A model generated the notes under the pieces. The model was given only the letters and a program-made list of their open reading frames with translations, searched no databases and was not told the origin of the DNA. The position numbers were made by a program, and so were the translations under genes. A stretch of DNA of 64,000 bases from NCBI GenBank assembly GCA_964016885.1, contig OZ024760.1:12028001-12092000 (forward strand), given 5' to 3'. The DNA is from Eledone cirrhosa. Lineage: Eukaryota. Below, in pieces: positions 1 to 31,695 of the stretch (within the stretch, counting starts at the first letter, position 1; the number at the start of each line of letters is the position of its first letter).

Positions 1-92
1 TATAACGAAATATTTTAAATATTTTAGTCTCCAGTTTATAACGAAATATTTTAAAGATTTTCTGTTTATAATAAAATATTTTAAAATTACAG

Positions 93-296
93 GTGAAATT
101 CTTCAACAACATAACTCCACTGGAATTTATAAAGAGTACAGCAAACATGGAAAGGGTTCAACAATGCCTGAACAAAATCCACATCTGTAATGGAGACAAC
201 CATCACTTGCCTGTAATAGAATGTTGCATCAAGTCTTATAATGGACGTAACTCAGTCTGTTATCAGATGTTCGATACAGTTGTTAACCTGCAGTAG
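93..296 (+). CDS. POT1: POT1-like (protection of telomeres 1), last coding exon; upstream exons lie outside the window
   Basis: Acceptor ttacag at 87-92 and TAG at 294-296. Translation VKFFNNITP...LPVIECCIKSYNGRNSVCYQMFDTVVNLQ* resembles the POT1 C-terminal OB-fold end as I recall it (KFF...PWLECFIKSYN...ICYQIFDTTV). Recognised from memory, not by search. Confidence 0.85.
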   Translation: MKFFNNITPLEFIKSTANMERVQQCLNKIHICNGDNHHLPVIECCIKSYNGRNSVCYQMFDTVVNLQ

Positions 297-663
297 AAAT
301 TGTCACATCTTATATAAAGGTAACCATAATAAATTCATGAAAGGTGGGGGCCGGGGTTGGAATTGGCAGAATCGGTAGAGCGTCGGATAAGTTCTCAGCT
401 GTATTTAATTTTGGTTGTTCAGTTTCTGAGTTCAAATCCCGCTGGTGTCAGCTTTGCCTTCCATCCTTATGGAGGGGTTCGATAAAATAAAGTACCAGTC
501 ATGTACTGGGGGGTGATATAATTAACTTTTCCCTCTAACCCCTCAATTGCTGGTCTTGTAATCCATGTTAGAAAAAAATTACAAAATTAAAGTACCATTG
601 AAGCACTGGGGTGTTCTATAATCGACCCCCATCCTCCCCTATCCTCTCTCGCCTTGTGCTTAA

Positions 664-858
664 CCCTTTACCATTCACAGTACTCTATATATATACTATT
701 ATATTTTCATGGTAAAAGCTTTACCACAATATCGAATCTATGAGATTTTGAAAGTATTTATTTTGAGAACAATACCATAACATCAGTATGAGTGGTTTGT
801 TACAGCCAGTTTCAACAGAAAGAGGTAGAGAATGCTGGCCGGTTTGAACATTAAAGGG
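664..858 (+). mobile_element. piggyBac-like MITE, family 1
   Basis: TTAA|CCCTTTA...TAAAGGG|TTAA, no coding capacity. Confidence 0.8.
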
Positions 859-1070
859 TTAAATTAGAAATCATAACTTCCTGAGGGGCGCGATGGATTC
901 ACAGACGAGATCGTTAAAGCGTGAGACAAGATCTTAGTGCCATTCGTTCTGGATTTTAACTTTCCGAGTTGAAATCCCGCCGAGGTCAACTTTGTCTTTC
1001 GTTCTTCTCCACGGTCAATAAAATAAAGTACCAAAATTGCTGGTCCTGTGCCTATGTTAGAAACCATTAA

Positions 1071-1233
1071 CCCTTTACCATTTACATTACTCGATATATA
1101 CTATTGTATTTCCATGGTAAACACTTTACCTCACATAATATCAAATCTATGAGATTTTTATTTTGTTTATTTTGAAAACAATACCTTAACATCAGTATGA
1201 GTGCCCGGTTAAGCCGGTTTAAATGCTAAAGGG
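1071..1233 (+). mobile_element. piggyBac-like MITE, family 1
   Basis: TTAA|CCCTTTACCATTTA...TAAATGCTAAAGGG|TTAA. Confidence 0.8.
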
Positions 1234-2549
1234 TTAAAACTTCATGACAACTTCAACAAAGAGAACATTAATAGTTAAGGTTTCTACAAGCTATTGTACT
1301 CTTCCTTTCATTTTCTTTTTTATATCTCCATAAAACAAGGGCATTTTTTTTTTTCTGTATATATTTAAACTGGTACCTGTCATGATGGGGGCAACAGTTT
1401 TTTAATGTAAATACTATAAATAAATAAAGATCAACAAATAAAAAATTCAATTCACAAAGCCTGCATCTTGTTCAAATGATTTGTGATTGTGTATGTGTCC
1501 AAACACTGTATATATAATATTAAAAAAAAGTAACGATTTGAGAAATGGGAAATAAAAGAAATATATATTTTCCTATATCATCGTCATCATTGTTTAACGT
1601 CCATTTCTCCATGCTAGCATGGGTTAGACGTGTTGTCCAGTTGTGAGACAAGTCAAATCAGGTGACAGTGTCTTGTTTAGCTCACACAGAACTGATCCTG
1701 GCTTGGTTTCTAAAGCTGGATGTCCTTCATAACACTAACCGCATTTACAGTGAGTACTGGGTGTTTTTTGTCGTGACACCTACACAACCACTTTAAAGTG
1801 TGGACTGGGCACTTTTTGTCGTGACACCTACATGACCACTTTACAGTGTGGACTGGGCACTTTTTGTCACATCTCACAATTAATAATTTTAGTATACCCT
1901 CCAAATTCTTCATTAATTAATTAGAATGCAGAACACGCTTTAAAGTGGTTGCTTTTCGGAAGGGCATCTAGCCAGAAACTACACCAAAATAGAATGTATG
2001 AACAAAACATGGTGGTCTGACTTCACAGATTTCTCTTGGGGATCGGCTGGATGAATTGAAGACGGTTGCTCCTAACAAGACCCATTGGAATGAGTGTTTG
2101 AGGACTCTGCCTCCATGAATAAGTGTGCAAAGAAGAACATCCAGTAATGATTTTGCAGAAAATGTCTAAAAACAAATTTGTTAATTCAAATGTTTATTGC
2201 ATCTTTACTAATGGACAGATGATTATGAAAAATTGCAGCATTAGACAAAAGACTTTAATATTTAATGTGATGCAGTCAATTACTCTAAGAATAAAGTTGA
2301 CTCTTAACATGCAGCGATGATTAAGCAGAAAATATATAAAAACGAGTTTGTTTATTCAAATGTTTATAGTGTCTTTACTAGTGGTCGACAGATCATTGTA
2401 AACATTTGCAGTATTAGAGTAAAGCCTTCGATTTTTAATGAGATGCAATCATACTGCTTTTTTGTTTGTATTTTTCAAGAATGTCTTGCTAATGAGGTTC
2501 CATGTGGTACAGGACATTAAGAGTTTAAAGTAAGTTATTTTTAGTTTGT

Positions 2550-21592
<19,043 letters not shown>

Positions 21593-21659
21593 TAAACACA
21601 ACACTGGAACAACTAATGATTCTTGATTGAAGGTTGGTCTGTTAGCAAACTTTTAACAG

Positions 21660-23230
21660 CTGTTGTTGTTGGTGTTGTCGGTGTTGTCGGTGGTGGTGGT
21701 GGTGTTGGTGGTGGTGGTATGGTGGTGGTGGTGTTGGTGGCAGTGTTGTTGGTGTTGTCGGTGGTGGTGGTGGTGTTGTTGTTGGTGTTGTCGGTGGTGG
21801 TGGTGTTGGTGGTGGTGTTAGTGGTGGTGTTGTTGGTGGTGGTGGTGGTAGTGGTGGTGTTGTTGTTGGTGTTGTCGGTGGTGGTGGTGGTGTTGGTGTT
21901 GTTGGTGGTGTTAGTGGTGGTGTTGTTGGTGGTGGTGGTGGTAGTGGTGGTGTTGTTGTTGGTGTTGTCGGTGGTGGTGGTGGTGGTGGTGTTGTTGGTG
22001 TTGTCGGTGGTGTTAGTGGTGGTGTTGTTGGTGGTGGTGGTGGTAGTGGTGGTGTTGTTGTTGGTGTTGTCGGTGTTGGTGGTGGTGGTGTTGGCAGTGT
22101 TGTCGGTGGTGGTGTTGGTGGTGGTGTTGTTGTTGGTGTTGTCGGTGGTGGTGTTGGTGGTGGTGGTGGTGTTGTTGGTGGTGGTGGTGGTGGTGGTGGT
22201 GGTGTTGTTGTTGGTGTTGTCGGTGGTGGTGTTGGTGGTGGTGTTGGTGGTGGTGGTGGTGGTAGTGGTGGTGTTGTTGGTGTTGTCGGTGGTGGTGTTG
22301 GTGGTGGTGGTGTTGTTGGTGTTGTCGGTGTTGGTGGTGTTGTTGTTGTTGGTGGTGGTGTTGGTGGTGGTGGTGTTGTCGGTGGTGGTGTTGGTGGTGG
22401 TGGTGTTGGTGGTGTTAGTGGTGGTGTTGTTGGTGGTGGTGTTGGTGGTGTTAGTGGTGGTGTTGTTGTGGTTGGTGGTGGTGGTGTTGTCGGTGGTGGT
22501 GGTGGTGGTGGTAGTGTTAGTTTATGGTGTTGGTGGTGGTGTTGTGGTGGTGGTGTTGGTGGTGGTGTTGTGGTGGTGGTGTTGCTAGAGTTGCTGTTGT
22601 TATTGCTGTTACTGTTGCTGTTACTGTTGCTGTTGCTGTTGTTGTTGGTGTTTTTTGTTGTTTTTTGTTTGCTGTCCAAACCTGAAGCAGTCGGTGCCTT
22701 GTAACAACATCAGCAACAGAGATAAAGATAAATAAAATAAAATAAACAAATGAAAAAAAAAAAAAACCACTTGAGAAGGTGGTGGGGGTGGGGGTGATAG
22801 TGGAGGTGGAGGTGATGGTGGTGAAGGTGAAGGTGGTGGCGGTGGAGGTTAAGGCAGTGTTGGTGTTGGTGGTATTGAAGGTGAAGGCGGTTGTGGTGTT
22901 GAAAGTTAAGGTGGTGGTGGTGGTGGTGGTGAAGGTGGAGGTGGTGGTGGTGAAGGTGGAGGTGGTGTTGGTGGTATTGAAGGTAGTGGTGGTGGTGTTG
23001 AAAGTTAAAGTGGTGGTGGTGAAGGTGGAGGTGGTGTTGGTGGTATTAAAGGTAGTGGTGGTGGTGGTGGTGGTGTTGAAAGTTAAGGTGGTGGTGGTGA
23101 AGGTGGAGGTGGTGGCAGTGGTAGTGGTGCTGCTGAAGGGTAAGGTGGTGGTGGTGGTGGTGGTGGTGCTGAAGGGTAAGTTGGTGACAGTAGTGGCAGG
23201 AGGTGGTGTTGATAGCTAAGGTGGTGGTGA
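21660..23230. repeat. (GGT/GTT)n-rich low-complexity tracts
   Basis: Direct reading: two blocks, 21660-22650 and 22778-23230. Confidence 0.9.
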
Positions 23231-23448
23231 CAAGTAGGTGGTGTTGATAAGGTAATGCCCCCCCCCCCCCCCCCCCCCCCGCCACCAGTGTTTCTGATAG
23301 TGACAGTGTACAGCCATCTTCTCATGCAATAACAACAATAAACATACAAATATTCTACTATATTTTACTATAAAATCATTTCTTTCTTCTTGCTTCTATA
23401 AACCCTTTCATTATTTATCTATCTATCTGTCCGTTTGTCTATCTACGC

Positions 23449-23570
<122 letters not shown>

Positions 23571-23663
23571 AATGTATATACATATATACATATATACATA
23601 TATACATATATATATAGAGTTGTCTAAAAAGTTGATCTAGTAGAGTTAACATCGTATATATAT

Positions 23664-23753
<90 letters not shown>

Positions 23754-23758
<5 letters not shown>

Positions 23759-24468
23759 ATGAAATACACACACATATTCATATGTATATGTGTGTGTGGT
23801 GCCCGCCTTAACAAGTGGTACTCGATGACTGAGAGAGTTAAAATAACTAAAATAATTAAATCAACTCCATAATCAGAGCTATATATCAAATTACAAAATA
23901 TGAGGAAATAATAGACAAAAATATACCTATTTTTTCTTCAAAGTCCCGACTGCAGTTTTGCCGATCCGTGTGCACCGATTTCAGCGCTTTAAAAATGCAT
24001 CATCGCTGTGAGGTTGATATGGCTTATCAAGAGACCCCTCAGAAAAATGGATTGTTTCCTGATGCGTTTATAGCAAGTGAGAACGTCTCAGAGGCGGAGG
24101 GAGAGATTAACACGTGATATAGTGGTAAAAAAAAGGATTGCTCCCCCTCCGCCTCTGAGACTTTCTCACTTGCTATAAACGCATCAGGAAACAGTCCATT
24201 TTTCTGAGGGCGATGATGCATTTTTAAAGCGCAGAAATCGGTGCACACGGATCGGCGAAACTGCAGTCGGGACTTTGAAGAAAAAATAGGTATATTTTTG
24301 TCTATTATTTCCTCATATTTTGTAATTTGATATATAGCTCTGATTATGGAGTTGATATAATTATTTTAGTTATTTTAACTCTCTCAGTCATCGAGTACCA
24401 CTTGTTAAGGCGGGCACCACACACACATATACATATGAATATGTGTGTGTATTTCATTATTATATATA
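23754..24468. repeat. Long inverted repeat (arms ~330 bp) flanked by (TA)n
   Basis: 23754-24105 is the near-exact reverse complement of 24142-24468. Confidence 0.92.
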
Positions 24469-25221
24469 TATATCCAGGGAGTGCAATGTGCAGTTACTTT
24501 AGGTTCACCTGGGTGAGCATTCGATGTTTATGTTCATGTCGGTATCGAGGTGTAGAGCTAAATAGTGTGTAGTATAATAATACAAGGGATGAATAGTTAC
24601 TCCTTCATTACGATTATTGGTTGGTGATGCACATTTCTCTACTGATCAGCTCAATGTTCGATCTGTTTTGATCTAGCCCGACTCTGGAATCAAAAGCTTG
24701 TCGGATCTCTGTCATCACTACAACAGAGATCCGACAAGCTTTTGATTCCAGAGTCGGGCTAGATCAAAACAGATCGAACATTGAGCTGATCAGTAGCGAA
24801 ATACGCATCACCAACCAATAAACATAATGAAGGAGTAACCATTCGTCCTTGTATTATTATATTATATATATATATATTTTTATATTATTTAAATAGCGAG
24901 GTATAGGTAACCCATACACTATAGAAACAATTGTTACCTAATAAATTCTGTATACCCGCATTTCCATTTCATAAACTTCTTCTCCATATATATATATATA
25001 TCAGAATGGAGGCAGTAAAAACCGGTTAGACCATTACTCACCAGAGTACTCGATATTTGAAGTAGTAGACTGGGCAATATGAAAAGTACAGGACCCCGAT
25101 GGCTGAGCTCTTGCCGTTTCAACAGCTAGATCCGAACAGTTCGGATCTAGCTGTTGAAATGACAGGAGCTCAGTTGTCAGGGTCCCGAATTTTTCCTATA
25201 TATATATATATATATATATCC

Positions 25222-25290
<69 letters not shown>

Positions 25291-27246
25291 GAAGACCAGC
25301 CAAGCTCATGGATGTTATCCAACCATCTTGCTCAGGGTCTACCTCTGGGTCTCCTGCCAGTTAGTTTTGCTCTGTAAAATTTGTCCAGCAATTGTTTCTG
25401 ATTCCTTCCTCAGATATTCTAACCGCGTGTCTGTATTACCAGAACTGTGATCTCTCGATTCAGAGACATAGATGTATTTATGTTAAATGAAAAGGTAGCC
25501 ATAACTTATGATCTTTTTTATTATGAAAATACAACACATGATTTTTAGGTCAAATAATAGAAAAAAAAACAACAAAATGATAAACCATTAACAATATTTT
25601 ATTTCTGATATTTCAAATCTCCTAATTATTCCCATTGGGGTTTGAAATATCTAATTTTTTCATATCTATTTTTATTTTCAGATATCTAAGCTCACACAGC
25701 CTTATCTTCTAGCATATTTATTTACTGGTTTCAGTCATTAGACTGCTGCCATGCTGGAGCACAGTTTTAATGAGATATCATCATCATCATCATCATTGTT
25801 TAATTCCCTTTTTTTTTGGGGGGGGGGGGTTCTGCTAGCAAAGATTTTACGGGCAAAACCAACTGGCAGGAGACCCAGGGGTAGACTCGAGAGAAAGATG
25901 GTTGGATAACATCCATGAGTTTGGCTGGTCTCATTTGAGGATCCAACTGGATCAGTTAGAGACGGTTGCTTCTGACAGGACCCACTGGAAGGAGTGTTTG
26001 AGGACTCTGGCCCTATGACCCTGAGGTCCCATAGCTCCTGAAGGAATCATAGATGTACTGTACTGATATACAGTGTTTCTAGGGCATTTTAAAACCTGCC
26101 AGAGCCCACCTCTTCTCTCCAGGTCTGAACACAGCAGATTTCTTTCAGAGAAGAATAGTAAGTGAGAGAATGGAAGTGAGAAAGAGATATAGAGGCAGAA
26201 TTGACCCCAGTACAAGACTGGTATTATAGTTGTACGTATTTATGGTCCTGTAATTCCTGAGGGAATCGTAGGGACATTGTATAGACGTACACCATTTCTA
26301 GGGCATTTGCTGGTACTCATTTTCAGCTGAGTATACTGGAGCAACGTGAAATAAAGTGTTTTGCTCAAGAACACAACACATAACCCAGTCCAGGAATCAA
26401 ACCCGCGACATTATGATTGTAAGTCCAACACCCTTACCACTAGGCCACATGCCTCAGTCTTATGCCTGAAGCCAGTAAAAGAGAAAGCAACCAAAAAAAA
26501 CCCAAACAATATAGAGCGTGTGAAATGGAGTGGCATTGAATTTTCTCTGTGTAAAAGACTGTGAAAGCTAAACCTAAACATTCCTTATTTAATGAAGACT
26601 AAAGGGAATATCATGAGAGATATTACAGTTTATCAGCTTCATTTCATTAAATGAATCTCGGATATAGCCAATTCAAGACGGCTAAATTGTTTTTTCTCTT
26701 ATTAACCTTTTAAACTGCTCACATTAATTCATTTCCTTAGAAGCCAGTGGAAAGGCAGTAACTGTTTGAATAACAATATTAAGATTCCTTTTAGGAAATA
26801 CCACCTAAAGATGGCTGGGAGTGTGGGGGGGAGTGGGGGGAGTGGATGAAAGTGGGGGGAGTGAGGGGGGAGTGGATGAAAGTGGATGGAAGTGGATGGG
26901 AGTATGCGTGGTGGGGGTGGGGGGGTGGGGGAATGGGAGTAGGGTGGGAGTAAGGGCTTCTTTCTGATGTTGTTTTATTGTTTATAATGAACAGATACTA
27001 ATGATTTGTGTGATGTGTGTATTATTATATTATATGTGCTTTATATTTGTATGTGTGTGATATATATGTATGTGTAAGTGTATATATATATATATATATA
27101 TATATTGAGAGTCAAATATTGGACCGAGGAAACAATGTTTCCATTGGTCTTTCCAATTACTAATACTAACTATCGGTCGCAACTCCAGGTAGAAGGAGCA
27201 TCGTGAAATAAAGTATCTTGCTCAAGGACATAACACATCACCTGGT

Positions 27247-27319
<73 letters not shown>

Positions 27320-27505
27320 TGTAATAAACAACACAAAACAATTATTCCATTTACCAAAGGTTTCACGAAGACGAGCGAACTCATTATAAAAAGTAGGGAC
27401 CCTGACTCCTTATAATATAACCATACTCTACTACCCGAAGTATCCAGTACTCTGGTGAGTAACAGTCTAACTAGTTTCAAATTAAATCATCCTGATATAC
27501 ATATA

Positions 27506-27681
27506 TGAGGCTGGGCTGAAAATTTCATAGTCAGACTATGAAGGAGTGATGCTAGGGCTGTGAATTCTTGCATGCATTCATTTCAACTCTTCTTATTAAT
27601 AGCTGCATTGGAAAATAAACCTCATTTGGTCATTCCATGAGAGTATCTTGGTCAATCTATAAACCTTTCAGCCAACCCTCA
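27506..27681. mobile_element. mariner-like MITE
   Basis: TA|TGAGGCTGGGCTGAAA...TTTCAGCCAACCCTCA|TA; internal sequence recurs at about 9215-9440 and 48310-48650. Confidence 0.6.
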
Positions 27682-28366
27682 TATATATATATATATATCA
27701 CGATACATTAACGGAGCCATAGATTCTCGCCATTCCCTGTAAATAATGTGTTCAAAGGAGAGGAAATCCTAGGCACTTTAAAATACAATATGTTGAAAAG
27801 GTAACGCACTAGAGAGAGATACAGTGATGTACTGTATCTCTCTCTAGTGTGTTACCTTTTCAACATATTATATATATATATATTTATTAAAGTAACAGAT
27901 TAAAGTTTAAGCAAAAAATCGCTGCTTTCACCCTTAGCGGGATCTTTTATCTTAATAAGTATTTGCTCTATGGCTTTATATATTTTGATATATATATATT
28001 ATCCTTATTGAGCCCTCTTCATATTTTAGTCTTCACATTTATTATTATTACTATATATAAAGGGTGGTGGATTGACAGGTTCGGTAGAGGGTCACACAGC
28101 TAAGCCTGCACCTATGTGAGAATTATGGTGTCAGTTTATGGCATTTAGTATGTAGGTCATTACTTTTAAATTGGTAAAATGCAGGGTTATCATATCCATA
28201 TTTTTTTGGAGTTGCTTGGTAATTATATTCTATGATAATTATAATTAATAAGTAAAAGTGTTTCTCTGTAGCCTGGCAGTACTTTGTCATAATCTTAAAT
28301 AAACTATGATATGTTTTACACACTGGACTCTTCTGATAAATAATGATCTTGTCAATGTCCTATCAG

Positions 28367-28402
<36 letters not shown>

Positions 28403-28860
28403 AAATGTGTGTAATCCTTGGTACAGTTAGGTATATTAAGAGAGGGGGGAAGAAAAAATGGCTTCACTTGTGCTTTCAACAAATAGTTTGACAAGCGCAC
28501 CTCAGCGTGAAAGGTCTTTCTAAATACGAAACAATACCTCCTACGTTAACCAAGAACTCCTAAGACCTAACCAACAACCAACAACTTAATTTATAAAATA
28601 ATTTTTTTTAAGAAAAATTCTTTTTGGATTTTGTGAAGAAAATAAATTTGTTGAAAGCACAAGTGAAGCCATTTTTTCTTCCCCCCTGTCTTAATATATA
28701 TATATATATATATACACATATATATATCTGGTGATTCTATAGACATGTTTTATGATATATAGCTCTGATTATTTAATTTATTAACTTTTCATTCAGCCAC
28801 AAAGTGACCCGTTGCAAAACACGTATATGTATATAAGTATATATATATATATATGTAAAC

Positions 28861-28899
<39 letters not shown>

Positions 28900-29116
28900 T
28901 AAAGAGTTAAACAAGATTCAATGAGTATATCAAAGAATGAGTTTTACAGTAGATTGGAAGCACTCTACAAGAAATATTTTCCAGAGTTATTAATATTAAT
29001 TCAAATATTAACAAAATAGATATTCTTGTGATCAATTATATTTTATTATACATATTTCATATGTATAATAAAATATAATTGATGACAAGAATATCTATTT
29101 TGTTAATATTTGAATT

Positions 29117-29172
<56 letters not shown>

Positions 29173-29239
29173 TTCAAATATTAACAAAATAGATATTGTT
29201 GTGATCAATTAAATTAATATTTAAATATTTATATGTATA

Positions 29240-29297
<58 letters not shown>

Positions 29298-29623
29298 ATA
29301 TATATATATATATTGTTATACTTGGGGAGGGTCATATTTGTGTAATATTGCCAGAATTAATATATATATATATATATATACATATAAATAGAACTACACA
29401 CACACACACACATATATATATATATTGATATTTTGTCTGAAGAGAGCATGTTTTAGCTTATGTTATACATAAGCCTTGCTTCTTAAATGATGATGATGAT
29501 GATGATGATGATATATATGTATATATGTATGTATCTATCTATCTATCTCTCTCTATATATATCTATATCTATCTATCTATCTATATATATATATTATATA
29601 TATATATGTATATATACATAATA

Positions 29624-29961
29624 TGGAGGCAGATGGCTTAGTGGTTAGAACATTGGCCTTGCAATCGAAAGGTTGTGAGTATAATTCTCAGACCAGGTGA
29701 TGTGTTGTTTCCTTGAGCAAGACACTTTATTTCACATTGCTCCAGTTTACTCAGCTGTAGAAATGAGATGATAGGGACTGGGGTCCCTATCATTCCACTG
29801 CAAAGTGGTCATGGAGGTGCCACGGCAAAAAAGCACCCAGCACTCACTGTAAATGAGGTTGGTGTTAGGAAGGGCATCCAGCTGTAGAAATCAAGCCAGA
29901 ATCAATGTCCGTCCCACCCTTGCAAGCAGGGAAAAGCGGACGTAAAATGAAATGATGATGA
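29624..29961 (+). mobile_element. tRNA-derived SINE (family B) with RTE-like 3' tail
   Basis: Head ggaggcagatggcttagtggttagaac...ccttgagcaagacacttta; body aaaaagcacccag...ggttggtgttaggaagggcatccagc; tail nearly identical to that of the 3690-4002 LINE. Related pieces at about 1580-1875(-), 5040-5395, 11095-11330, 14760-14980, 26305-26455(-), 48105-48290, 51095-51235(-), 54715-55010, 55551-55695 and 56340-56635. Confidence 0.8.
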
Positions 29962-30164
29962 TACATGTGTGTATATACTGAAAATAATTAAAGTCGATTT
30001 GCAGTTTGTGTAGAAACTTTATTTGAATATTACAATTGTTTTAATATCAACCAGCTTGGGTGTGGTTGAGGTGATGAAAGCCCAACTTTTCTTCGATATC
30101 TCCAATAAAATATATAAAGTATATATTGAGGCTTTGCCTCTCATTATCTTTATTCAGGACACGA

Positions 30165-30735
30165 GGGCAGTGGATTGTCAGAATCAGTAGAGCGTCCGAC
30201 ACTACATTCTGAGTTCAAATTCTGCTGAGGTTAACTTTGTCTTTCATCTTTACAGGGTCGATAAAATAAAGTACCAGTAACGCGCTGAGGTCGATTTCAT
30301 CGACTTTCCCCTCTCCTCTTCAAATTGTCGGCCTTGTGTCTAAATCAGAAACCATTATTATTAGGGCGATGCATAGTTACGTCCCTTTACGATCTGAGTT
30401 CAAATCCCGCCGAAGTTGACTTTGCCTTTCATCCTTACGGGGTCGATAAAATAAAGTACCAGTAATATACTGGGTAATCGCTGGCCTTGTGCCTAAAGTA
30501 GAGACAATTATTATTAGGACGATGGATTGGCAGTAGATTCGGGAGAACGTCGGACGACATACTTTGCGGCATAGAGTTACGGCCCTTTACATTCTGAGTT
30601 CAAATCCCGCCGAGGTTAACATTGCATTTTGCTCTTACGCGATCGATAAAATAAAATACCAGTAACGCACTGGGGTCGATTTAATCGACTTTCTCCTCCC
30701 CTCGAATTGTTGGCCTGTGTTTAAACCAGAAAATA
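30165..30735 (+). mobile_element. Cluster of three tRNA-derived SINE copies (family A)
   Basis: A-box-like tggcagaatcggtagagcg, B-box-like gagttcaaatccc, core gcctttcatccttacggggtcgataaaataaagtaccagt, (ATT)n tail. Other copies at about 345-575, 885-1066, 4235-4440(-), 8035-8600(-), 21185-21415(-), 32120-32236(-), 33965-34070(-), 45090-45300(-), 47026-47210, 55975-56200(-) and 62905-63098. Confidence 0.85.
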
Positions 30736-30844
30736 TTATTTCTGACATGAACCAAGAGAAACTATAACTAGTTACTCAGTGGAAGTAGTAAGGGTTATTT
30801 CCCTTAGGATGAAATATTGGCTTACACATACACACACGCATATA

Positions 30845-31470
30845 ATAATGAAATATTGTGTACAGTGCTCAGGTGCACTACAACTCGTCAAGGGTGTATG
30901 TATAGTACATAGAATAATACACAAATGTCAGGGAAGTACATGTGTGTATGTGTTAGCTGTAGTGTTGGCGGATCTCGGGAAGCATGGAGGCCTTAAAGGA
31001 TGCAGTGTCTCGACAGCTAACAACTGATGCAGGTAGTTTGTTCCATGCTTCAGCAACTCTGAGTGTGAAAAAATGTTTCCGAAAGTCATAGGAACTGTGC
31101 TGTTTTCTTACTTTGTGGGCATGTCCACGTGTGTTAGACACATGGAGATCAAAAAGGTACTCAGGGTTGTTGTTGGCAACATGGTTAACAATTTTGTGGG
31201 TGTTTACCAAGTCAGTTGCCAGGCGTCGGAGCTTCAATGTATCCATGCCCAGGGAAGCAAGGCGCTCAGAGTATGGTAGATGCCCGATGGAGGGTATTCG
31301 CTTGGTTGCACGTCTCTGAACAGTTTCCAGGCGGTCAATGTCCTGAGCAAGATAGGGGTTCCAGACTGGTGATGCAAATTCTAAGTGTGGTCGCACCATA
31401 GCTGTATACAGCCTTAAATAGATATCTGGAGAGCAGCTGACAAAGGTCTTGCTGAGTGATGCTAAGACAC
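30845..31470 (-). mobile_element. CR1/L2-clade LINE, 5'-truncated 3' fragment (ORF2 C-terminus plus tail)
   Basis: ORF 30953-31399 reads VRPHLEFASPVWNPY...LETVQRRATK...YSERL..LG...L..RR...NTRGH...FFTLRV...WNKLP. Tail cacctgagcactgtacacaat..(ATT)n also occurs alone at about 21110-21185 and 40160-40280. Confidence 0.9.
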
Positions 31471-31590
31471 GCTCGGCCCTCTTATATATATCTTTATTTA
31501 TCTATTAATTATTTGTCTATTTGTCTGTCTGTCTACCTATCTATCTATTTATCTGTCTATCAGTTTGTTAATCTATCTGTCTGCTCTCTC

Positions 31591-31640
<50 letters not shown>

Positions 31641-31660
31641 ATATGCATATACATACATAT

Positions 31661-31695
<35 letters not shown>

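Noticed and set aside
660-670. TAACCCT motifs as telomeric repeats or a telomerase RNA template near POT1
   Set aside because: They are the TTAA target site plus the CCCTTT terminus of piggyBac-like MITEs. No (TTAGGG)n array is present.
21623-22704. Extensin/mucin-like Pro-Thr ORF (-) and poly-Val ORF (+)
   Set aside because: (GGT/GTT)n low-complexity DNA open on both strands. The minus-strand ORF has no ATG start and ends in a stop before the ITIH ATG exon.
24900-24945. GAAAC-AATT-GTT with flanking TAGGT/ACCTA as a hammerhead
   Set aside because: No CTGANGA core or stem II between the stems; could be a chance short palindrome.
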